Shown piece by piece: positions 44,828 through 53,288 of a stretch of DNA of 64,000 bases. Location of the stretch: assembly GCA_965116905.1 (NCBI GenBank), contig OZ220732.1, positions 1,920,001 to 1,984,000 of the forward strand. The letters are read 5' to 3'. A program made the translations under genes and the position numbers. Numbering within the stretch: position 1 is the stretch's first letter; every line of letters begins with the position of its first letter. The notes beneath the pieces were generated by a model, which saw only the letters and a program-made list of their open reading frames with translations, searched no databases and was not told where the DNA came from. The stretch is from Longimicrobiales bacterium. Lineage in GTDB: Bacteria > Gemmatimonadota > Gemmatimonadetes > Longimicrobiales > Gaopeijiaceae.

Positions 44828-46849
44828 TCAGCGACCGGGCCTGAAGCCGTCGACCTCCTCCAGGGCGCCCAGCGCGAAGAGCGGCGCCCAGCTCTGGAAC
44901 CGATGCCCGCGCCCTGCGCCCGTCCGGGAATCGAAGTTCTCGCGGCACATTCCCGTGCTGGCGCGGTCGGCGAGAAACATGCGGGCGCCCTTCCAGGCAA
45001 GGTCGTGGGCGAGGTCGTCGAAGCCGTACCGGCGGAGGCCCTGCAAGACAAGGTAGTTCATGGGGGGCCAGATCGAACCGCGCCAGTACTGCTGGTCATC
45101 GAAGGCGGGGTCGTCCCGCGAGATCGTGGGCAGCACCCACTCGCCCCAGAAGCGTGCCGGGTCGCGCAGTACGTCGACCATGAGCCGGGCGCGGCGCCGT
45201 GAAGGCACGCCCGCGACGAGGGGGAGGAAGTTCGACGCGGCCACGCGCGGCGACTGGCCCAGGGGGAGTTCGTCCAGGTACATGCCGGCCCTCTCGGACC
45301 AGAGGGCCGCGTTCATCGTCCTTGCGAGGTCGTGGCGCATGTCTTCCAGTCGCCGTGCGGTCGGGCCGTCGTCCAGGATGTGCGCAATGCGTGACAGGCA
45401 CTCGAGGTCGAGGGCACGGTAGCTGCAAAGGTCGACCGCCGACATCGCGAGGACCTGCCGCTCCGGATCCCACTCGGCCTCGTCCCAGAGGGGCAGATCG
45501 TCCTGGCCCGATTCCCACGCCGCGCGCTGGTGGCCGCTCGCTCCCGCTTCCCACTCGGGGACCTGCTGGGGCGGCGGAACCAGCGCCGTATCGGAACCCC
45601 ACGAAAACAGGCCCGGGGTGAGCCCTTCGCGGCGGGGCCGCCCGTTTTTCTCCGCCACCCACCACTCGCACCACGTGAGGAGGTCGGGGTACACGGCGGC
45701 GAGCCTGCCGCGGTCGGGGTGGGCCTGGTGCAGACGCAGTGCCGCGTAGGAGCCGATGGGCGGTTGCGAGCGGTCGGGTGTGCCCGCGTGGCGGCTGCGC
45801 CAGTTCGGGACGCAGCCGTTGGGGTATCGGGACCGAAGGCCAGCCAGGAGGGTGCTCCATGCGAGCTCCCGCGACACGGTCGCAAGTTCGAGGGCGTTGA
45901 AGAAGCTGTCCCACCCAAAGACGGTCCAATCATCGGGTTGCGGGGTGGTGGGCGCCGCTGGGTGTTGGCGGGTCGACTCGGCGGCGGCGCCTGGCCGAGG
46001 AAAGATCCACCGGCGGCCCGCCGGAGCGTACAGCCGTCCGGTCTCGGGCTGAAGCAAAACCGTCCACATGAGGTTGTCGGCGATGCTCTCGAGCAGATCG
46101 GGGTGGCCCACCGCCCGGGGCCGCCGCCGCCCCCACTCGCCGCGCGCCTCGTCGATCCAGGCATCCGCCTGGTCGACCAGCCGCGCGGCTCGGGCGGCGG
46201 CCCCGGCCCCTCCCCACGCGGCCACCATCACCAGACGCCCGGTCGCGCCATCCACGATGTCGAGGACGCGCGCCACCTCTCCGGCGCGCAGCGGCACGGC
46301 CGACGCGTCGCCGGGCGCGAGGCGCCGCCCCGCGCCCGGCGCGAACGCGGTGGCGATGTCCACGCTCCCGCACCGGGTCCGCCAGCCGTTCACGGGCGCC
46401 GTGCCCTTGGCGACCGCAATGGCCCGGCCGTCGCCCTGTCCCTGTCCCTCCCCCTCCTCCATCTCCATCCAGCGCGGCTTCCAACTCCAGGGGGCATCCC
46501 CGATGAGCTCCAGCCGGCCCGGGGCCCTGGCCGTGACGCGCAACGCCACCGCGTTCCCGCCGCACGACCATTCCAGTACCAGGGTGCTCGATCGAGGCGC
46601 CGAAGCGGGCGACGCCTCCGCGCTCAGGTCGAACTCCATGCGCGCGTACGACCCGTCGGGCGCGTGGGGCCCGACCCGCGTGACCATCCAATACCAGTCG
46701 CCGTGATCGCGGCGGCGTCCCTCGGGATCGGTGAAGGCGAGACGAACGGCTGCGCCCTCGTTCGGACCCGCGGCAAGGACCAGGCCGGCCCAGCGGGACG
46801 CTTCCAGCGCACCGACCGACAGACCTGTCTCTGGAATCGGTCTCGCCAT
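44828..46849 (-). CDS. GH63/MGH1-like (alpha/alpha)6 glycoside hydrolase
   Basis: WDSFF, RSQPP, ESGQDD, YWRGSIWPPMNYL, ENFD motifs. Confidence 0.8.
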   Translation of the reverse strand: MARPIPETGLSVGALEASRWAGLVLAAGPNEGAAVRLAFTDPEGRRRDHGDWYWMVTRVGPHAPDGSYARMEFDLSAEASPASAPRSSTLVLEWSCGGNAVALRVTARAPGRLELIGDAPWSWKPRWMEMEEGEGQGQGDGRAIAVAKGTAPVNGWRTRCGSVDIATAFAPGAGRRLAPGDASAVPLRAGEVARVLDIVDGATGRLVMVAAWGGAGAAARAARLVDQADAWIDEARGEWGRRRPRAVGHPDLLESIADNLMWTVLLQPETGRLYAPAGRRWIFPRPGAAAESTRQHPAAPTTPQPDDWTVFGWDSFFNALELATVSRELAWSTLLAGLRSRYPNGCVPNWRSRHAGTPDRSQPPIGSYAALRLHQAHPDRGRLAAVYPDLLTWCEWWVAEKNGRPRREGLTPGLFSWGSDTALVPPPQQVPEWEAGASGHQRAAWESGQDDLPLWDEAEWDPERQVLAMSAVDLCSYRALDLECLSRIAHILDDGPTARRLEDMRHDLARTMNAALWSERAGMYLDELPLGQSPRVAASNFLPLVAGVPSRRRARLMVDVLRDPARFWGEWVLPTISRDDPAFDDQQYWRGSIWPPMNYLVLQGLRRYGFDDLAHDLAWKGARMFLADRASTGMCRENFDSRTGAGRGHRFQSWAPLFALGALEEVDGFRPGR

Positions 46850-46929
46850 ATTGGTGGGAAAGGTCGTGTACGGGCGGCTTCGGCGCTATTCTTCATTGGA
46901 GTTGATGTTTGGCCCGTGGTGCAACGGAG

Positions 46930-48963
46930 ATGCTGATGGCTGTTGCGACGGACGATGTAGCGACCAGCGCCCTGACGCTGCCCGAGGAGCTCATCCTGAT
47001 GCTCCTCAACGAGGAGAACGGCTACTTCCACCAGGTGCCCGGCTGGCGGCTGAACTGCGCCGTTGTCGGCGCGGTGCTCGCCGAACTCTCGCTGCTCTCG
47101 CGGATCGACACGGACCTGGAGTCCCTGTTCCTTGTCGACTCGGAGAAAACGGGTGACCCTGCCCTGGACCCCATTCTGGAGGAAATCGCGGGCGAATCGG
47201 TGCAGCACAACGCGCAGTACTGGATCGAACGGCTGGCCCACCGTGCCGAGTCCGTCATCGACCTGACCCTCGACCGTCTGGTCGAACTGAAGATCCTGGA
47301 ATACCACGACGGCGATTTCTGGACGGTGGCTCGTACCGTCGTGCACTCGGACATGTACGGCGACCCCGAGGAGGACACGGCTGGGCAGTTCATCAAGACG
47401 CGGATCGGCAAGGCGATCTTCACCGACGCGATTCCGGACCCGAGAGACGTGATCGTCATTTGTCTCGTCAATACCTGCGATGTCTTCCGGTTCATGTTCC
47501 AGCTCGACGACGATGCCGAGGACCGCATCGAGTTCATTTGCAAGATGGATCTGATCGGCCGCTCGATCGCCGCGGCGGTCATGCAAAACGTCGCGGGGCC
47601 ACTGCTTCGGCGTTCCCGCCTGAGCAAGCACATTCCGCGCGTCGCCATGCGCAGGCTGCTGCTCAATTCCAACTTGCGCACCGGTAATCTTCCCGCGCTC
47701 TTTGCGGATCTCGCCAAAGAGTATGGCCCCGTGTACCAGATCCGTCCGCCGCTCAGGAAGCCCATGGTCTTCCTTGCGGGAACCGAGGTCAACCGCTGGA
47801 CGAATCGGCACGGGCGGATGCACCTGAGAACGAGGGACTACTTCGCCGATTTCGAGAAGGTCTACGGTGCATCCGGCGTCTTGCCCTCTCTGGACGGCGC
47901 GGACCATTTCCGGCTTCGCAAGGCCCTGGCGCCGGCATACTCGCGCCGGAGACTCGCGGATCAGGTGGACCAGCTTCTCCACCATAGCCGGACGCACATG
48001 GCCGAATGGCGGGCCGGTGACACCGTCTCCGCGACGAAGATGTGTCGGCGCCTGATCAACGCGCAGATTTCGCCGATGTATGTCAGCGTGGACTCGCAGG
48101 ACATCTTCGACGACATCGCGACATACAAGGAACGGGCGCTCAACGTTCACATCACCAAGGCCCTGCCCGGGTTCATGCTGAAGACTCCGGGAATGAAACG
48201 GCGGGCCAAGGCCGTGGATACGCTTCTGGCACGCATCCAGAGTGTTCATACGCCCGCGCAGCGAGCCGGGTGCCCGCGGAACCTCGCGGATGATCTGCTG
48301 AGCCTCAATGCGAGCGATCCGCAGTTCGTTCCGGAGTCGAACCTGCGTTTCGCGCTGTCCGCGGCGCTGATTGCCAGCGTGTACCTGGGCGACGCGTTCA
48401 GCTTTGTGGTCTACGCGATGGCGTCCAGGCCGGACGACTACGCGAGGATCCGGAGCGAAGCCGACGCTCTGTTCGGCGACGGCGATCCGGTTGGCGACGA
48501 CTTCACGCCATCCGCGTTGGACTTCACCCACCGCTTCCTCATGGAATGCCTGCGGATGTACCCGATTGTCCCGATGTCCATGCGCACCGTCATGAATGCG
48601 TGCGTGGTCGAGGGCTACGAACTGCCGGTGGGTACGACAATCCTGATCGCGCAGACGGCCCCGCACTTCATGGAAGACGTCTTCCGGGACCCGTTCACAT
48701 TCGATGTGGACCGCTATCGGGCTCCGCGTAATGAGCACCGGGGTCACGGGTATGCACCCTACGGCCTGGGCACGCACAGGTGTCTCGGCTTCCGCTGGAT
48801 GGAGCTGCAGTTGGCCATCAACGCCCTGATGGTCGCGCACTACTTCACGGTCAAGGTGTCCCCGGAGAACTTCAGGTTCAGGTTCAATCCCTTCCCGTCG
48901 ATGAAACCGAGCAAGAAGCTGAAGTTCCGCATCGCGGAGCAGGTGCGGGAACTGCCGGGCTAA
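46930..48963 (+). CDS. cytochrome P450 fused to N-terminal GPP34/GOLPH3-like domain
   Basis: N-term LTLPEELILMLL...GAVLAELSLLSRI...TGDPALD (GPP34-like); C-term ExxR (ECLR), FDVDRY, heme ligand PYGLGTHRCLG. Confidence 0.85.
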   Translation: MLMAVATDDVATSALTLPEELILMLLNEENGYFHQVPGWRLNCAVVGAVLAELSLLSRIDTDLESLFLVDSEKTGDPALDPILEEIAGESVQHNAQYWIERLAHRAESVIDLTLDRLVELKILEYHDGDFWTVARTVVHSDMYGDPEEDTAGQFIKTRIGKAIFTDAIPDPRDVIVICLVNTCDVFRFMFQLDDDAEDRIEFICKMDLIGRSIAAAVMQNVAGPLLRRSRLSKHIPRVAMRRLLLNSNLRTGNLPALFADLAKEYGPVYQIRPPLRKPMVFLAGTEVNRWTNRHGRMHLRTRDYFADFEKVYGASGVLPSLDGADHFRLRKALAPAYSRRRLADQVDQLLHHSRTHMAEWRAGDTVSATKMCRRLINAQISPMYVSVDSQDIFDDIATYKERALNVHITKALPGFMLKTPGMKRRAKAVDTLLARIQSVHTPAQRAGCPRNLADDLLSLNASDPQFVPESNLRFALSAALIASVYLGDAFSFVVYAMASRPDDYARIRSEADALFGDGDPVGDDFTPSALDFTHRFLMECLRMYPIVPMSMRTVMNACVVEGYELPVGTTILIAQTAPHFMEDVFRDPFTFDVDRYRAPRNEHRGHGYAPYGLGTHRCLGFRWMELQLAINALMVAHYFTVKVSPENFRFRFNPFPSMKPSKKLKFRIAEQVRELPG

Positions 48964-49053
48964 CGTGCGGAGCCGGCGGGCCGTGATCACGCGAGTGGCG
49001 CCCGGCTCGCCGCCGACGACATTCTCGTCCACACCAGGCTGATCCAACAGAAA

Positions 49054-52000
49054 ATGAGCGGGAACTCGAGCAATCACGGAGAACCTGGCGGCCCCATAGC
49101 CTATATGGCGAGCAACGGCGTCGCCGCCAATCTGCTCATGTTCGGGATCATTGCAGCGGGTCTGGTGTCGCTGACCGGTCTCGAGCAGGAGGGATGGCCC
49201 GAGGTACCCTTCAACCAGTTCGAGATCTCCGTGCCCTTCCCCGGCGCAACGCCCGAGGAGGTCGAGGAGGCCATCGTCGTCAAGATCGAGGACGAGGTCA
49301 GGGGACTCGCCGATGTGAAGGCAGTCAGGTCCATAGCCGCGCCCGGGATGGCGTCCGTCAGGGTCGAAGTCAACTCCGGTACGGACATGGGCGCCAAGAA
49401 AGACGAGATCGAGTCGGCGGTCGGGCGCATTCAGACGTTTCCGAGCGGAGCCGAGCGGCCCCAGATACGCGAGATGACCAACGCCCAGAGCGTGATTCGC
49501 CTGATTGTCTACGGCGACGTTCCCGAGCGCTCACTGAAGGAGCTCGCGTACCGGATCGAAGACGACCTCGCCGCGCTTCCCTCCGTCTCCCAGGTCGCGA
49601 CCAGCGGAGTGCGCGACTACGAGGTCTCGATCGAAGTGCCGCAGCAGCGTCTCAGAGCTCTCGGCCTGACCCTGACCGATATCGCGAACACGGTTCGCCG
49701 CAACTCGCTGGATTTGTCGGCGGGCAGCATCGATACCCGGGAGTCCCAGGTGCGGGTGCGCACACTGGGCCAGAGTTACGACCAAATGGATTTCGAGGAA
49801 ATCGTCATCCTCAGCCGGGACGACGGCACGGTCGTGCGCCTGGGTGATATCGCCGAAGTGCGTGACGGTTTTCAGGACACGGATCTGATCGTGCGGCATC
49901 AGGGCCGGCCCGCAGTCTTCGTCGAGGTATCCCGGGCGCAGGGCGAAAGGGTCATGAGCGTGGCGCGTGCCGTCAGGGAGCACATAGCCGACGAGGTGAT
50001 CCCCTCCCTTCCCAACGGCGTGGGCGTGACCATCTGGAACGACGACTCCACGGCGTTCACGGAGCGTGGCGCCCTCCTCCTCAAGAACGGGGCTCTGGGG
50101 CTGCTGCTGGTGTTGATCGCGCTGGGTCTTTTTCTGGAAGTCCGGCTGGCCTTCTGGGTAGCCGTCGGCCTTGGCGTTTCGGGGATCGGCGCCCTGGCCG
50201 CCATGATGATGTTCGACATCGCGATCCACGCTGTCTCGCTCTTCTCTTTCGTGCTCGCCATCGGAATCATCGTGGACGATGCGATCGTCGTTGCCGAACA
50301 TATCCATCTGGAACGAATGCGAGGCACATCCGGTGTCGTCGCCGCGATCCGTGGTGCGCGGCGGATCAGGGTGCCGCTGATCTTCGCGGTGCTCACCACC
50401 ATCGTTGCGTTCGTGCCCCTGCTCTTCATTCCCGCGGGGTTCGGAGAAGTCTGGAAGGCGCTGCCCATCATCGTCATCGCCATGCTGGTGATCTCACTGA
50501 TCGAATCGCTGCTGGTGCTGCCGAACCACCTGTCGCACCATCTGCACGGCCCCGATTGGACGCCCCGAACGGGCGCGGAACGGTTCGTCGCCCGCATCCA
50601 GGGTCGGGTCGATTCCCTGCTGGACCGTTTCATCCAGGGTCCCCTGGATCACGCGATGCGGTTCGCGACCGATCAACCCGGCGTAACGCTCTCCGCGGCT
50701 GCCGCCCTCTTCATTCTGACCGTTTCCCTGCTGCCGGCGGGCATCGTACCAACCACCTTTGCGACCGAGGTCGAGGGGGACTTCGTAACCGCCACCCTTC
50801 AGATGCCGGACGGAACCACCGCGCGGCAGACGGACGCGGTGGCACAGGACCTGGAAGCGGCCGGTCACAGGGTCATCCAGCGTCTCTCCGAGGGCCGGCC
50901 CGCGGATGCGCCTCCGCTTCTATCCGGCGTTACGGTCGTCGTTGGTCAGCGGTCGCGGATCGAGACTGGTGGTCTCAACCCCTCGCCCACCCTGAATCCC
51001 GAAGCCAATATCGCCACCATCGAGTTCAAGCTCCTGCCCGCGCAGCAGCGACGCATCACTTCGGGAGAAGTCATGCAGGCCTGGCGTGAGGAAGTGGGTA
51101 TCCTGCCCCAGGTGCGCGCGATCACCTTCATGAGCGAGATCTACACGCTGGGCAACCCGGTGGAGGCCGTGCTGTCCCATCCGGATCCGGAGCGCCTGGT
51201 GACGATCGCGTCATCCATGGTCGATGAACTCCGTCGAGTGGCGGGGGTCTTTGACATTCGCTCGGATCACACGCCCGGCGTCCCGGAGATTCAGCTGGGA
51301 CTGTTGCCCGAGGCACGAACCCTCGGCCTGACGCTCGACGCCCTGGCCCAGCAGGCGAGAGCCGTCTTCTTTGGGGCGGAGGCCCTGAGGGTGCAGCGGG
51401 GCCGCGACGAAGTCCGCGTCTACGTCCGGCTGCCCGAGGAGCAGCGCAACTCGATCACCGATATCGAGAACTACCTGTTCCGTACGGCAACCGGCGCCGA
51501 GGTGCCGGTGAGCCGTGTGGCTTCACTGAGTATGGGCATGTCGCCGCCGGCCATCCATCGCCAGGACGGCCAGCGCGTCGTCACGGTCACCGCCGATGTG
51601 GACCCGAATGTGATTACCGCCGGGGAAGCCAATGGCATCCTGGAAAACACCATCATCGCAGGACTGGTCGATACGAACCCCGAACTGACCTATACCTTCG
51701 GCGGCGAACAGCAGCAGCAGCTCGACTCTCTGGGCGCGCTCTACCGCGGTTTCGCGATCGCGTTGCTGATCATCTTCGCGCTGCTGGCCATTCCGCTGCG
51801 TTCCTATACCAAGCCGTTCATTATCATGGCCATCATTCCGTTCGGGTTCGTCGGCGTGATCCTGGGCCACTGGGTCCTGGGAGTGGCGTTGAGCGCGGAG
51901 TCCTTTGTCGGGATATTCGGCCTGGCGGGCGTGGTGGTGAACGATTCCCTGGTCATGATGGACTTCATCGATCAGGAACTCGAGGAGGGCCTGCCCGCGC

Positions 52001-52233
52001 GCGAGGCGATCATCGAGGGAGCCAAGGGCCGTTTTCGTCCGATCATGCTGACTTCCCTGACCACCTTCCTCGGCTTCACGCCGCTGATTCTCGAGGACGC
52101 GATTCAGGCCCAGTTCTTCGTCCCCTTCTCCGCCTCGATCGGGTGCGGCATCCTCTTCACCACGGCCATACTGATGTTCCTGGTGCCCGCGCTGTCCTCG
52201 CTGCGCCTGCACTTGACCACCCGGAATTCCTAG
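49054..52233 (+). CDS. RND-family transporter permease (AcrB/AcrD/AcrF-like)
   Basis: 1059 aa; PGATPEEVE, IGIIVDDAIVVAE, GVVVNDS, RFRPIMLTSLTT. Confidence 0.93.
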   Translation: MSGNSSNHGEPGGPIAYMASNGVAANLLMFGIIAAGLVSLTGLEQEGWPEVPFNQFEISVPFPGATPEEVEEAIVVKIEDEVRGLADVKAVRSIAAPGMASVRVEVNSGTDMGAKKDEIESAVGRIQTFPSGAERPQIREMTNAQSVIRLIVYGDVPERSLKELAYRIEDDLAALPSVSQVATSGVRDYEVSIEVPQQRLRALGLTLTDIANTVRRNSLDLSAGSIDTRESQVRVRTLGQSYDQMDFEEIVILSRDDGTVVRLGDIAEVRDGFQDTDLIVRHQGRPAVFVEVSRAQGERVMSVARAVREHIADEVIPSLPNGVGVTIWNDDSTAFTERGALLLKNGALGLLLVLIALGLFLEVRLAFWVAVGLGVSGIGALAAMMMFDIAIHAVSLFSFVLAIGIIVDDAIVVAEHIHLERMRGTSGVVAAIRGARRIRVPLIFAVLTTIVAFVPLLFIPAGFGEVWKALPIIVIAMLVISLIESLLVLPNHLSHHLHGPDWTPRTGAERFVARIQGRVDSLLDRFIQGPLDHAMRFATDQPGVTLSAAAALFILTVSLLPAGIVPTTFATEVEGDFVTATLQMPDGTTARQTDAVAQDLEAAGHRVIQRLSEGRPADAPPLLSGVTVVVGQRSRIETGGLNPSPTLNPEANIATIEFKLLPAQQRRITSGEVMQAWREEVGILPQVRAITFMSEIYTLGNPVEAVLSHPDPERLVTIASSMVDELRRVAGVFDIRSDHTPGVPEIQLGLLPEARTLGLTLDALAQQARAVFFGAEALRVQRGRDEVRVYVRLPEEQRNSITDIENYLFRTATGAEVPVSRVASLSMGMSPPAIHRQDGQRVVTVTADVDPNVITAGEANGILENTIIAGLVDTNPELTYTFGGEQQQQLDSLGALYRGFAIALLIIFALLAIPLRSYTKPFIIMAIIPFGFVGVILGHWVLGVALSAESFVGIFGLAGVVVNDSLVMMDFIDQELEEGLPAREAIIEGAKGRFRPIMLTSLTTFLGFTPLILEDAIQAQFFVPFSASIGCGILFTTAILMFLVPALSSLRLHLTTRNS

Positions 52234-52234
52234 T

Positions 52235-53272
52235 CTAGTGGCCCTGAAGAGGCTTGCGCGCCAGGAAGCAGTATAGCGGCGTAAAGATCCCTGTCCTGCC
52301 GCCAGCGACATAGGCGTCTGCAGTCCGATCCATGAGTTCGACAACCTCTGCCGATCCCTTGGGGAACACCCGCAGCAACTCGGCCAGCCTGGATCCCCAG
52401 AAAAACATCTTGCGACCCATCGGAGCCTGGAAGAGAGCGGTGCCGAGCCGCCCGTGCCGGGTTTCCATGGGCCGATACCACGGCGTGGCCGAACCGGTCT
52501 CATCGACGGCGAGGTCCGTCGCCTCCAGAACCTCGAATCCCGCGGTTTCGAGGTCCCGGTCCACCTCCCCAAACGTTGCGATGTCCCGAAGCGCGATGCC
52601 GTGCATGAGTTCCCGCTTGATGGTCCGGTGGCGATTGTCGTCGGGATTGTACATGTCCGTCATGCACATTTCCTGGCCCCAGAAGAGGGCTCCGGGCTTG
52701 AGGACACGTTGGATTTCGGCAAACGCGTGCGCCTTGTCGGGAGCATGGCACGTCGATTCGATCGCGTAGCCCCGGTCGAAGGTCGCGTCCGCGATGGAGC
52801 TCATGTTCATGAAGCTGCACGCGAGGCAGTCGATCATGTGATCGAGCCCCGCCTCGGCATTCAGCGACCTGGCCCTCCTCAGCTGGACTTCACTGCTGTT
52901 GATTCCCAGTACCCGGACACCGGCCTCGCGGGCGACGCGGCGCATTGGACCCCCGATGCCGCAGCCGATGTCGGCCACCGTCATGCCTTCACGCAGTTCC
53001 AGGCTGGCGATCATCCGCCGCTGGTGCCGCACCTTGGAGTCCTTCAGGCTCTCGCCGGGCGACAGCGGCGCGAAGTGCAGGGATTCTCCCCAGCCGAAGA
53101 CCATCAATTCGCTGCAAAGGTCGTAGTATTCCTTTACGGTCCGGGTGTGGTCGTAGTCGGCGCCGCCATCCGTGGCGAACGCTCTGTCCGTCCACCCCTC
53201 GAAGTCCCGCACGCGGCGGCGGACGTTCGTTCTGCCGAACGCGGCCTTCAGTCCATCGGATAGTCGATGCAT
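52235..53272 (-). CDS. sterol C24-methyltransferase-like SAM-dependent methyltransferase
   Basis: YYDL...FGWGESLHFAP (SMT region I), DIGCGIGGPMR, YAIESTCHAPD, RVLKPG, GGRTGIFTP. Confidence 0.82.
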   Translation of the reverse strand: MHRLSDGLKAAFGRTNVRRRVRDFEGWTDRAFATDGGADYDHTRTVKEYYDLCSELMVFGWGESLHFAPLSPGESLKDSKVRHQRRMIASLELREGMTVADIGCGIGGPMRRVAREAGVRVLGINSSEVQLRRARSLNAEAGLDHMIDCLACSFMNMSSIADATFDRGYAIESTCHAPDKAHAFAEIQRVLKPGALFWGQEMCMTDMYNPDDNRHRTIKRELMHGIALRDIATFGEVDRDLETAGFEVLEATDLAVDETGSATPWYRPMETRHGRLGTALFQAPMGRKMFFWGSRLAELLRVFPKGSAEVVELMDRTADAYVAGGRTGIFTPLYCFLARKPLQGH

Positions 53273-53288
53273 TTTTTGCCTGGCCTGG

